From NCBI GenBank assembly GCA_964016885.1, contig OZ024763.1, forward strand, positions 11,160,001-11,224,000: a stretch of 64,000 nucleotides of DNA, given 5' to 3'. This stretch comes from Eledone cirrhosa. Lineage: Eukaryota. The notes beneath the pieces are model-generated. The model did no database searches. It saw only the letters and a list, made by a program, of their open reading frames with translations, and was not told where the DNA came from. Positions 27,056-40,896 of the stretch are shown piece by piece. Position 1 is the first letter of the stretch; every line of letters begins with the position of its first letter. A program made the position numbers and the translations under genes.

Positions 27056-27961
27056 TACGAACAATACGCGGATAATTTACGTCTTGATGTGGTAGCTAAG
27101 TATATTTTATGTTTATATCAGTACTTATTTGTATAGGTAAGTATACCTTACTCGTATGTTTTGTGAAGGTACGTATACTTTCTCGTACGTATATTTGCTT
27201 GTATTTATTATAGGTGTATGTATTATATATACTGGTACATGTGTATATGGTTATGTGTATATGCGTATTTTGCGTTTGTGTGTGTATGCGTTTTTTGCAC
27301 GTATGTAAGGTGTGTGTATATGTGTACTTTGTGCTTTGGTTGACGTACGTTTAGCGAACATATGTGTATTTACCTGTAGGTATGTGTGTGCGTGCGTTAT
27401 ATATGCATTTATGTGTGTATATTTATATACGTTTATATAATTATATGTATACACATACGCACACATACATATATATTGTTTTTATGTGTATTTGGTGTAT
27501 ACGTACGTATGTGTGCGGGTACAGGTGTTGCGCGAGTTTATGTATGTGTGCGCGTGTTTATGTGTACGTGCTTGTATATGCATGCATGGCGGGTGTTTTC
27601 GCGTATGCATGTGTATGTACGATATATGGATGCGTGTATGTATATATTTAATTATTGTTGTTTTCAATAACCTCTGTCATTTTCGTTCTACTAATTTATT
27701 TACATTATTCTTAACTCTGAAGCCGAGAATCATTCGGTTTCCTAAATAGAATATTAGTCTACGACTTCATTTATACCATAAACGTGGTTTTGTCTTTGCG
27801 TGTATTTGTTCTCAACGCTACATATAACGACGTATTATCTTCGCTTTTTTTTCGTTCATTGCCAGGGAACGTTTCCACGAACCAAATTATCGTCTTCCTG
27901 TCTTCCTCCGGTTGCAATGTTTTTGAAATATCCACTTCTGCGTTCACAGATTGACTTTGTT

Positions 27962-28012
27962 AGTTTCAGAAGATCCCGTTAAGGGTGAAAGCAGCGATTC
28001 TTTGCTTAAACT
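27962..28012 (+). ncRNA. Hammerhead-like motif in the Penelope pLTR (U4A, U17 variant)
   Basis: agttt-CAGAAGA-tccc gttaa gggt-GAAA-gcagcgattctttgc-TT-aaact; core conserved in five pLTR copies. Confidence 0.55.
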
Positions 28013-28302
28013 TTAATCTGTTATTTTAATAAATATTTGCTCTAGGGTTCTTATATATTTGATATATATTTATCCTTGTCGAGCCCTCTTTGGGTTTTAG
28101 TCCTCAAATTTATTATTATTACTATATATATATACGGCCTCGATATGAATACCCCCTCCGCCTCCGTGGTATTTTCTTCGTGGTTATAAGAGGCTTAGCT
28201 CTGTTTCTCGACCGTTATATCGCGTGACTATCTCCCCCTCCGCCTTTTGGGATTCTTTCTCACGTCGTGTAGACGCGTTCTTGAGACTAGTAAAATGAGG
28301 TA

Positions 28303-28390
28303 TCCTCTTGATAAGTCGGCAGACCTCGCAAGGACTCTATATCTTTGATATATTGTTTTTGTTTATGCCACGAAACTACGTAGTCGAGGA
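28303..28390 (+). ncRNA. Type I hammerhead ribozyme, U3-A8 core
   Basis: tcctc-TTGATAA-gtcggca...tgccac-GAAAC-tacgta-GTC-gagga; predicted cut after 28385. Confidence 0.8.
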
Positions 28391-28893
28391 ATTTAGGAAC
28401 AGTTTAGGTATGATACATTTTATTACTAATTATATCTAAATGTTTCTTCTCTCTTCATAATGTATTTTTAACTCTGATACTGGTTCAGTCTGGTTCAAAC
28501 TGAATTGGTCTGTCCCAGTCATTCATTGAGCAACATCGGTGAAGTTGGCACCCTTAACTCACAGTTGGGTGCGGATGCATTCATGTATATATGTGTGTGT
28601 CCGCATGTATCTGTGTGTTTCTAAATATATTAATAACTCCCTCTGGTCGAGCAATCTTTGAAGTGTGGGGACAACTGGAAAGCTTCCATTACTCATACTT
28701 CTCGCCTTCTTCACTACCTCTTCTACGGCCTCGATATGAATACCCCCTCCGCCTCCGTGGTATTTTCTTCGTGGTTATAAGAGGCTTAGCTCTGTTTCTC
28801 GACCGTTATATCGCGTGACTATCTCCCCCTCCGCCTTTTGGGATTCTTTCTCACGTCGTGTAGACGCGTTCTTGAGACTAGTAAAATGAGGTA

Positions 28894-28981
28894 TCCTCTT
28901 GATAAGTCGGCAGACCTCGCAAGGACTCTATATCTTTGATATATTGTTTTTGTTTATGCCACGAAACTACGTAGTCGAGGA
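28894..28981 (+). ncRNA. Type I hammerhead ribozyme, U3-A8 core (second copy)
   Basis: Same sequence as 28303-28390; predicted cut after 28976. Confidence 0.8.
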
Positions 28982-29050
28982 ATTTAGGAACAGTTTAGGT
29001 ATGATACATTTTATTACTAATTATATCTAAATGTTTCTTCTCTCTTCATA

Positions 29051-29092
<42 letters not shown>

Positions 29093-29377
29093 TTATTAAA
29101 ATAACAGATTAAAGTTTAAGCAAAGAATCGCTGCTTTCACCCTTAACGGGATCTTCTGAAACTAACAAAGTCAATCTGTGAACGCAGAAGTGGATATTTC
29201 AAAAAACGTTGCAACCGGAGGAAGACAGGAAGACGATACTTTGGTTCGTGGAAACTTCCCTGGCAATGAACGGGAAAACGAATATAATACGTCATTGGAT
29301 TTTAAGTCTTCAAATGTATTATTAGTACCAGTAATGTACTGGGTAATTGCTGGCCTTGTGCCAATAGTAGAAACAAT

Positions 29378-29421
<44 letters not shown>

Positions 29422-31154
29422 ACTTACGCAAAGTTAACGGCCGGGTAGATTTATAGTTACGCCAACTGATACAATATATCATAAGAAAAGTTGTTCCCTA
29501 TACACACACAAACACATACACATACACACACACATATACATACACACAGACACACACGCACAGACACACACACACATACACACACACATATACATACACA
29601 CAGACACACACACACAAACACATACACATACACACACACATATACATACACACAGACACACACGCACAGACACACACACACATACACACACACATATACA
29701 TACACACAGACACACACGCACAGACACACACACACAAACACACACACATACACACACACATATACATACACACAAACGCACCCACCCACAGACACACACG
29801 CACAGACACACACACAGATACACACAAACGCGCACAGACACACACACACATACATACACACACACAGACATAAACACGCACAGACACACACACACACACA
29901 TACATACACACACACATACATACACACACACACACACACACAAACACATATATATATATATAGCACAGGCTTTATAATTATTTTCAGTTAGATTCATTTA
30001 AATTCTCTTTCAAGCCGGCCATGACAGAATGACTACGACTCTCTCTCTCACCCCCTCTATCTCTCTCTCTCTCTCACTCACATCTCTCACTCACTCTCTA
30101 TCACCCCCTCTATCCTACCTCTCTCTCCCACCTCTCTCACCCACCTCACTCTCACCCCTCCCTCCCACATCTCTCTCTCTCCCACCCTCTCTCCCACCCC
30201 TCTCTCCCACTTACCTCTCTCTCTCTCACACTCACTCCCACCACTCTCACCCACCTCACTCTCTCACACCCTCTCTCTCACCTCTCCCACCTCTCTCTCC
30301 CACTTTCCTCTCTCTCTCCCACCTCTCCCACTCCCACCTCTCTCTCACCCCCCTCTCCCTGTTAGTGTAACTCAGTTATCTGTATATCAATAAACTCAGT
30401 TTTGCCATCTTTAATAAAATGTTGTGACATTTCAGACACACCTACATACATACATACATACACATACACATACATACACATACACATACATACATACACA
30501 TACATACATACACATACATACATACATACACATACATACATACACACATACATACACATACATACATACACATACATACATACACATACATACATACATA
30601 CACATACACACATGCATACACATACATACACATACATACATATACATACATACATACATACATACACACATACATACACATACATACACATACATACACA
30701 TACATACATACATACACATACATACACATACATACACATACATACACATACATACATACATACACATACATATACATACACACATACATACACATATACA
30801 TACACATACATACATACACATCCATACACATACATACATACACATCCATACACATACATACATACACATACATACACATACATACACAAACACATACACA
30901 CACATACACACATACATACACATACACATACATACACATACATACACATACATACACATACACACATACATACACATACATACATACACATACATACACA
31001 CATACACATACATACATACACATACATACATACACATACATACACATACATACATACACATACATACACATACATACACATACATACATACACATACATA
31101 CACATACATACATACATACATAGATGCACATACATGCACATACATACATAGATA

Positions 31155-31752
31155 CATGGTGGCTGCCAACTCGTTTTCGAGTACGGCCACTACTTTATAT
31201 CCATGTAGGAGAACCCCTACCGATGCGCTGAACGAGTGTGACTTTTTAGCCCAGCCAGCGACTTGAAAACTCTGGTACAAACACTACACTTGTGACAATT
31301 ATTGATACATAGTGCGGGGCCCATGGTACCATGTGACGACAAGTGCAGAGAGATCTCCAGATATAAAGCAATGCCTGTGCCGTGAAGCTTTTATAGTGAG
31401 CAAAGGCACTGCACAAAGCCAGTCCCACTCTCTTAACCAAGATGATATTTACCAAAAAGAAGAGCAAGTCAACATCATTGGATACCATCAGGGTTGCAGG
31501 TGTTACATCAGAGTTTTCCTTCTCCTAGAATTCTGCCTTGACAAAGGCTAAGGGGTCATCTCTCCCGGTGATTTTGGATGGCCATTGACTCTTAAGAGAT
31601 CCTTTGCCCTTTTGACAGGTTTTGTTTTTAGTCCTGCAGGATGTCCAAAGTCACCCTCCTCACCAAGAAACCTTGGTGGGGTTGCCAGTTTAGTCGCCAA
31701 CGACCCGACCATGAGACAGGTTGTACTGGGATACATGTTACCAGTAGCACCA
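31155..31752 (-). mobile_element. RTE-like LINE 5' UTR remnant
   Basis: Reverse complement contains ctaggagaaggaaaactctgat and ggcgactaaactggcaacccc, motifs I recall from RTE-type leaders. Confidence 0.45.
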
Positions 31753-32271
31753 ACATACATACATAGATACATACATACATACATACATGCACATACATAC
31801 ATACACATACATACACATACATACATACATGCACATACATAGATACATACATACACACACATACATACATACATACATACACACACACACATACATACAT
31901 ACATACATACATAGATGCACATACATGCACATACATACACATACATACATACACACACATACATACACACATACGCATACATACACATACATGCACACAC
32001 CTACACACACGCACACCTACACGCCCACACCTATACACACACATACATATACACATATATACACACACCTACACACACACGCTCACATACACACACAAAC
32101 ACACACATACACACACACACATATATGTATATATTACCAGGGGACTTGATTTGCTTATCTACGCCCCCACCCGCGAGTAATCTTACACACACACACACAC
32201 ACACACACGCAATATATGTATATATTACCAGGGGACCTGCATTTGTTATCTACTCCCCCCCGCTCGGTTAA

Positions 32272-33850
32272 TCTTACACACACACACATACAGTTACACT
32301 GACACACACACACACACATACAGTTACACACAGATACACACTTACACTGACACACACACACATACAGTTACACACAGACACACACTTACACTGACACACA
32401 CACACACATACAGTTACACACAGACACACACTTACACTGACACACACACACATACAGTTACACACAGACACACAGTTACACTGACACACACACATACAGT
32501 TACACACACACACATACAGTTACACTGACACACACACACACAAACAGTTACACACAGACACACACTTACACTGACACACACACACACACATACAGTTACA
32601 CACACACACATACAGTTACACTGACACACACACACACATACAGTTACACACAGACACACACTTACACTGACACACACACATACAGTTACACACAGACACA
32701 CACTTACACTGACACACACACACATACAGTTACACACAGACACACACTTACACTGACACACACACACACATACAGTTACACACAGACACACACTTACACT
32801 GACACACACACACATACAGTTACACACAGACACACAGTTACACTGAGACACACACATACAGTTACACACACACACATACAGTTACACTGACACACACACA
32901 CACAAACAGTTACACACAGACACACACTTACACTGACACACACACACATACAGTTACACACAGACACACACTTACACTGACACACACACACACATACAGT
33001 TACACACAGACACACACTTACACTGACACACACACACATACAGTTACACACAGACACACACTTACACTGACACACACACACATACAGTTACACACAGACA
33101 CACACTTACACTGACACACACACACACATACAGTTACACACAGACACACACTTACACTGACACACACACACATACAGTTACACACAGACACACACTTACA
33201 CTGACACACACACACACATACAGTTACACACAGACACACACTTACACTGACACACACACACATACAGTTACACACAGACACACAGTTACACTGACACACA
33301 CACATACAGTTACACACACACACATACAGTTACACTGACACACACACACACAAACAGTTACACACAGACACACACTTACACTGACACACACACACACACA
33401 TACAGTTACACACACACACATACAGTTACACTGACACACACACACACATACAGTTACACACAGACACACACTTACACTGACACACACACATACAGTTACA
33501 CACAGACACACACTTACACTGACACACACACACATACAGTTACACACAGACACACACTTACACTGACACACACACACACATACAGTTACACACAGACACA
33601 CACTTACACTGACACACACACACATACAGTTACACACAGACACACAGTTACACTGACACACACACATACAGTTACACACACACACATACAGTTACACTGA
33701 CACACACACACACAAACAGTTACACACAGACACACACTTACACTGACACACACACACATACAGTTACACACAGACACACACTTACACTGACACACACACA
33801 CACATACAGTTACACACAGACACACACTTACACTGACACACACATACACA
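32272..33850. repeat. CA-derived 40-42 bp minisatellite with 810-bp higher-order duplication
   Basis: Unit cacagacacacacttacactgacacacacacacatacagtta; near-identical ORFs at 32432-32875 and 33242-33685. Confidence 0.85.
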
Positions 33851-34202
33851 TCCGTCGTTTATCTAATTCTTGCTCTTTGTCAAATGTGCCATTTGTATCA
33901 GTCTCCCGCCGCCGACACCACCAACACTAGCCCCTCTACCACTCCCACCAACACTACCACCACGACCAGCACCATGACTACCACTACTACCACCACCACC
34001 ACTACTACCACCACCACCACCACCACTACCACCACTACCACCACTACTACCACCACCACCACCACCACCACTACCACCACCACTACCACCACCACCACTA
34101 CCACCACCACTACCACCACCACTACCACCACCACCACTACCACCACCACTACCACCACCACTACCACCACCACCACTACCACCACCACCACCATTCATAG
34201 TA

Positions 34203-34545
34203 AATATGAATGCTGGATTTCCATAATTCGTTTATTGCGTATTTTGCATTAATACGTATTTCTGTATTGTTTTTTAATTACCTAACAGCTGTTATTAGGA
34301 AATTACTTCCACATCTTAAGCAATACATGTATTATGTAATATTGTTGTTAAGTAATACAGCATATTGATATGGAGACGGTGTTATTTTCGAAGTAGCTCG
34401 TTCAAAAGTGTGCCTAAAATGCTACCTGAAGAAGCCGTGTCAATAATTATGTAATGGTAGCATTATGTAATTAATAACACCACCACAAAAATACGTGACA
34501 GAAAATTGCGTAATAAAACGAATTATGGAAAGCCAACTTTCGTAT
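34203..34545. mobile_element. MITE-like imperfect inverted repeat
   Basis: tttccataattcgtttattgcgtatttt pairs with aaaattgcgtaataaaacgaattatggaaa; copy at about 57190-57535. Confidence 0.5.
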
Positions 34546-35043
34546 TTTTTATTATTATTATAGGTATATTTCGTCATATACCATCACATCGAAATTAGAA
34601 AGATACATATAACGTTGAGTGCTTGAACCTAATTACACACTTATTTATTGATTAGTCAACATTTTATAACACAGTATATATATATATATATATATAGTAA
34701 ATGAGTGAAGAGTAACCTGGATCGGCTGTACAATAAGGTTTATTTCAAAGTATTAACAAATGTTTCATTAGTCCGGTGTCTCTAAAAATCGCTGTTCGTA
34801 AGATGCTTATGTCACTCAATTTTAATTACAGTCGATCAAATCTTCAGAATACTGTATTGTGTTGGATTGGCAGTATCGGTAGAGGGTCGGACGCCATGCT
34901 ATGCAGCAAAGAGTTACGGCCCTTTATGTTCTGGGTTTCAATCCCGCCAATGTTAACCTTGCCTTTCATCCTTACGGGGTCGATAAAATAAAATACCAGT
35001 AATACACTGGGATAATTGGTGGCCTTGTGCCAAAAGTAGAAAC

Positions 35044-35087
<44 letters not shown>

Positions 35088-35378
35088 TGTCTGGCCCGTC
35101 CGGCTGGCGTCCGGCTAGGTATACCTTCCCCCACCACTCCACTGCAAAGATACCACACACCCTTCCGTGTCACACTGTCCTTCCGACTTCGTAGCAAAGG
35201 GGTGGAGCTACAGTAGAAATGAGTTTAAAAAGAAAGAGTTAAGCTGTGTTGTTAATATACATACACACATACATATATACGACCGTCAGCTTTATAAGTA
35301 TAGATATGTGTGGTGTGTGTGTGTTTGTGTTTGTGTGTTTTGATGTTATCCGACAATTGGCGAAAATCAGGTGTGAAA

Positions 35379-35476
<98 letters not shown>

Positions 35477-35660
35477 GTGGTACTTATGCAAGCGACAATA
35501 GATGAAAGATATACCACGGAAATGAATGTTATTTTTCAGTCACGGCTGCATTTGATCATACACATTGTTTATTACACAATTATTTTAATGCCGATTTAAC
35601 GTCATTGGAAATACGGTCACTTGCTGCTCCCCCTCTGTCTCTCTCCCTCTCTCCCTCTCT

Positions 35661-35698
<38 letters not shown>

Positions 35699-35900
35699 AA
35701 CTAACACTTTAATTGTATCTCTCTCTGTCTAACGTCATATCTCTCTCTTTTTGCCCTCCCTATGTTTTTTTGTCTCTCTCTGAATTATAGAGAGAGGGAA
35801 GAGCGACGGAGAGAGTAAAGCTAAGAACTATACGGAGGTGTGTAGGTTACATACATATTACACACACACGAGGCTCAGCTTTATAATATATATATATATA

Positions 35901-35959
<59 letters not shown>

Positions 35960-36182
35960 GCCGGGGATTTAAAAAATGTTCGTTATACTGAAAAATTCGT
36001 TATAAAGAAATTTTACCTGTATATATATGTGTGTGCAGAACGTAAACGGACACTAGTCCTTCATAAGGAAATAGAATGAGAAATAAAAAATTCAATAGAA
36101 AGATAGAGTGGGGAAGGAAAGGAAAAAAGTTTTTTAGAAAAGGCACGTGTGTATTCAGTCAACCATATATACATATATCAAC

Positions 36183-36243
<61 letters not shown>

Positions 36244-36296
36244 TTTCTGAATTTGTTTAGCAAGATTCTTTATCTGAAAACGTGTGTTGTAACCGA

Positions 36297-36837
36297 TATT
36301 GTTACACTTTGGGAGGGTCATGTTGCTAATAAGAAACACACGCACCAGTTGCTTTCACTTCAATTTATTATAAATTAAATTTATAAATTTAAGAATTTAT
36401 AAATTTCCGGTTGGTTGGTTGGTTCCACAACCGGAGGGTTGTTCATATATTGTCAAAGTTCTTTCGTCACACATTCTGTGAGCTCTTCAGTGACTGGAGA
36501 TTCTTTTCTTTGTTTTTGTGCCTCTCCTTTGTTCTGTCCTACGCCATCTTTGTTTTGTGCCTCTCCTTTGTTCTGTCCTACGCCCAAGATGGCGTAGGAC
36601 AGAACAAAGGAGAGGCACAAAAACAAAGAAAAGAATCCCCAGTCACTGGAGAGGTCACAGAATGTGTGACGAAAGAACTTTGACAATATATGAACAACCC
36701 TCCGGTTGTGGAATCAACCAACCAACCGGAAATTTACAAATTTCTTAAATTTATAAATTTAGTTTATAATATATTGGAGTGACAGCAACTGGTGCGTGTG
36801 TTTCTTATTGGCAACATGACCCTCCCAAAGCATAACA

Positions 36838-36841
<4 letters not shown>
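36297..36841. mobile_element. Fold-back element with HHR pair (36452-36494 minus, 36642-36684 plus)
   Basis: Arms of about 250 bp; gtca-CTGAAGA (left) or CTGGAGA (right)-stem II-GAAA-gaac-TT-tgac; central 39-bp repeat. Copy at about 59327-59957. Confidence 0.7.
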
Positions 36842-36878
<37 letters not shown>

Positions 36879-37059
36879 GAAACAGAAAAGAAAATGCTGA
36901 CAAATTGTTCACAGTGAAAAATAGTTTAATTAGGAATAAGTGAGAATTAGTAATAGTATTGGTTAGTATTCAGTTTTGGTTTTAAGTTTTACCGGTTGCG
37001 CATTTCTAATGCTTTTCAAAAATAATTTTGAGATAGAGCGTCCGTGATGTTTGCTCTAA

Positions 37060-37110
<51 letters not shown>

Positions 37111-37113
<3 letters not shown>

Positions 37114-37228
37114 AACCAGTAAGACCCCGACAGCTGAGCTCAAGCCGTTTCGACGGCTAATTCGACGGCTAATATGAATTAGCCGTCGAAACGGCTTGAG
37201 CTCAGCTGTCGGGGTCTTACTGGTTCCT
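37111..37228. repeat. Fold-back palindrome, same family as 16037-16090
   Basis: aggaaccagtaagacccc...ggctaattc and its reverse complement; copy at 60218-60335. Confidence 0.85.
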
Positions 37229-37438
37229 ATTACCCACTCTACTACCTCAAGTATTGAGTACTTTGGTGCGTTATGGTCCACCTGGTTCCTTACCACATTT
37301 CCTTCGTTATATATATATATATATCTGAGTTCAAATCCCGCCGAGGTTGACTTTGCCTTTCATCCTTACGGGGTCGATAAAATAAAGTACCAGTAATGTA
37401 CTGGGTAATTGCTGGCCTTGTGCCAAAAGTAGAAACAG

Positions 37439-37482
<44 letters not shown>

Positions 37483-38068
37483 TGTGGTTGGCTGAATATA
37501 TATAGATATGTGCCAAGCTGGGGCAACAATGCGGATAATAAAGAAAAAAATAACATCATACTATAGCATTACGTCACCGAATACCAGTTGTTTGTGTGAC
37601 ATTTAATATTGACAATGAAGATAGAGCAATGCGAGTGAGAGGTGTGAACTGGTCTGTTGATTCGACTACCAAATATATAAATATCGGCTGAGGCTCCCTA
37701 CAGATAAAGGAATCAACTATGTTGTGATAACAGCTGATAACCAACACCTTTTTCAAATATACTTACTTTAATACCCTCACCCACCACAAAGTATATGTAT
37801 ATATGTATATATATATATATGTATGTATATATGTATATATATATATGTATATGTATATGTATATATATATGTATATATATATATGTATGTATATATATAT
37901 ATATGTATGTATATATATATATATGTATATATATATGTATATATATATATATGTATATATATATGTATATATATATGTATGTATATATGTATATATATAT
38001 GTATGTATATATGTATATATATATGTATATATATATGTATATATATATGTATATATATATATGTATAT

Positions 38069-38099
<31 letters not shown>

Positions 38100-38103
38100 T
38101 ATG

Positions 38104-38134
<31 letters not shown>

Positions 38135-38163
38135 GTGTATATATATATATATGTATGTATATG

Positions 38164-38203
<40 letters not shown>

Positions 38204-38369
38204 TATGTATGTATATATACATGTATATGTATATATATGTATATGTATATAAATATGTATGTATATATATGTATATGTATATAAATATGTATGTATATAT
38301 ATATATATGTATATATATATATGTATATATATATGTATATGTATATATCTATATGTATACATATATATA

Positions 38370-38410
<41 letters not shown>

Positions 38411-38428
38411 ATATATCTATATGTATAC

Positions 38429-38460
<32 letters not shown>

Positions 38461-38655
38461 GGTTATGGAACCAACCAGCCAACCGGAAATTTATAAATTC
38501 TTAAATTTATAAATTTAATTTATAATAAATTGGAGTGCGTGATATGAAGGTTAAAAAACACTTGTGAATAGTGAAGTTTTAAATCAACATATAGATATGT
38601 TGATTTAAAACTTCACTATTCACAAGTGTTTTTTAACCTTCATATCATGTATCCC

Positions 38656-38726
38656 TATTTTATCTGATGAAGACGCAGATATCATCTCATGATGATATTT
38701 GGTTTTGAAATGCGCATAATAAAATA
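38656..38726 (+). ncRNA. Type I hammerhead ribozyme (family A), preceded by fold-back 38540-38646
   Basis: tattttat-CTGATGA-stem II-GAAA-tgcgca-TA-ataaaata; copy at 61462-61532. Confidence 0.85.
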
Positions 38727-40010
38727 CTTGGAACTCTTTTAACCATCTTTTGATCTTCTATCATATATATATATATATATAATCATATCGATTTTATCGT
38801 ATGCTAAAAACTCATTGAAAATTAGAACATATCATAATTCAGGTCATGTTCATACGTTATTATTAGGGAAGTGAGGATTGGTAGTTACGTCCCTTTACGA
38901 TCTGAGTTAAAATTCCGCCGAGGTTGACTTCGCCTGTCATCCTTACGGGGTCGATAAAATAAAGTACCAGTAATACACTGGGATAATTGCTGGCCTTGTG
39001 CCAAAAAGTAGAAACAATTATTAGGGAAGTGTGGGTTGGCAGTATCGGTAGAGGGTCGGACACCATGCTTTGCAGCATAAAGTTGCAGTCCTTTATGATC
39101 TAAGTTCAAATCCCGCCAAGGTTAACTTTGCCTTTCATCCTTACGGGGTCGATAAAATAAAGTACCAGTAATGCACTGGGTAATTGCTGGCCTTGTGTCA
39201 AAGGTAGAAACAATTTTTATGTAAAGAACAATAATCGTATTGTGAAAAACTTATGACCAGACAGGAAGAGTAATCAAAACAGAAATTATTACATCACAAT
39301 TAAATTCTTGCCTATACCGCGGTTTCAGACAACAGACAAATAATATTAGTTACCATAGAATAAACCAGATAATTAGTAAATTTAAGATGATGCTCTTCAC
39401 CAGATGGTATGTCTTTTAGTGCCACCGAATAAATACTATCCCCAGGGATTTGAAACTGAAAAACGAGCTCACGTGTGTTGTTAAGAATAGCTAGGAACGT
39501 TGGAATTAGGTGAGAAGGCAAATATAGCCTACCGATAAAAAAAATGCCACGTGGGTTTTAAAAGATAACAAGCGCCATCAAAGCATGGAATGTTTTATAT
39601 GAAACATACACTATATCTTTATAAACAATAAACCAATGGCTGCTACTGAAAACGTCACAGATATGTCAGTAGCAGTTGGGAATGCCAGACAGTGTTGTTT
39701 CAAGATTAATTTAACTATCATCAGTGACATTCACTCAAACAGTACTGAGATGAAAATAGACTAGAGTCTATATAGATTTTGTTGGGGATGCATATATATA
39801 TATATGGATATGCGGGCTTTTTAAAAACTGTCTTTATATATATAGCAGATTAAAGGTTTAAGCAAACATTTTCTGCTTTCACCCTTATACAGGATCTTCT
39901 CAACATACACACACATATATATATGTGTGTGTGTATATGTGTGTGTGTATGTTGAGAAGATCCTGTATAAGGGTGAAAGCAGAAAATGTTTGCTTAAACC
40001 TTTAATCTGT

Positions 40011-40047
<37 letters not shown>

Positions 40048-40152
40048 TTACCGATAAAATAAGATACCAGTAAAACACGGGAGTCGATCTAAACATCTAA
40101 AATTACTGGCCTCGTGTCTAAATCAGGAATCAGTATATATATATAAATGTAT

Positions 40153-40192
<40 letters not shown>

Positions 40193-40326
40193 GAGATGAG
40201 CGGAACAAGCAAGCATTAAACAATCTTTTAATTAAATTAAAATACGATTTAAATAATCACCTGTTCAAAATGCTATTACCGACGGTTTCACTTCACAAAA
40301 GATTGGAAATTCAGAGAATTCTCAAT

Positions 40327-40396
<70 letters not shown>

Positions 40397-40654
40397 TCTG
40401 TGATATTATAACATTACTGTAATCGGATTAAACTCTGAACTGTTTTTTACTATCTTGCTGTGGACTATAATATCACATTTGAGTGTTAAAAATGTTCTTT
40501 GACTTTATATAGTTGATAATACAACTTGTTTAAACTAGTATATATATATATATACACACACACACAGGGTGTCCCCCCCAAAAATGTATACACACTTTGA
40601 TTAGAATGTTGTTCAAGTGTGTATACATTATATATATACATATATATCTATCTA

Positions 40655-40695
<41 letters not shown>

Positions 40696-40896
40696 GTGTG
40701 TGTGTGTGTCTGTGTGTGTGTGTGTATGTGTGTGTGTGTGTTGTGTGTGTGTATCTGTGTGTACATTGTGTGTATGTCAATTTTCTTTGACCTTCTTCTT
40801 GTCGTTCTAGTTATCTTTCAGTTTACATCCGTTGAAATCAAGACGACATTTTCTTCCATATTTTCTTAAATATATCCACCATATCCACTGAATTAC

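Larger units (their letters stand above)
24648..28124 (+). mobile_element. Degenerate Penelope-like element (RT + GIY-YIG, Naiad-like) with inverted 5' pLTR and direct 3' pLTR
   Basis: Frameshifted ORF pieces 25301-27055 carry DKTGNLY, QFDINNFYSSI, GLYRDD, IIWYNPPY, CNCRNRGDCPLSGKC and IVYKC..YKGLT. 24648-25190 is the reverse complement of about 27580-28124. Confidence 0.9.
28133..29056 (+). mobile_element. Non-autonomous retrozyme-like element: two 333-bp direct repeats with 591-bp period, each with an HHR
   Basis: 28133-28465 matches 28724-29056; unique 258-bp spacer; (TA)n on both sides; no credible ORF. Confidence 0.8.

Noticed and set aside
31675-31752. HDV-like ribozyme at the 5' end of the RTE remnant (minus strand)
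   Set aside because: P2, P3, P4 and a ctaa J4/2-like segment can be drawn, but no P1 partner fits the required topology.
33884-34252. Thr-rich mucin-like exon
   Set aside because: Mostly an (ACC/ACT)n repeat with no splice or homology support, though an exon cannot be fully excluded.
34418-34465. CTGAAGA flanked by aatgctacc/ggtagcatt
   Set aside because: No GAAA or valid cleavage triplet.
39312-39521. 69-aa ORF repeated at 62123-62332
   Set aside because: The identity is explained by the segment duplication; no recognisable motif.
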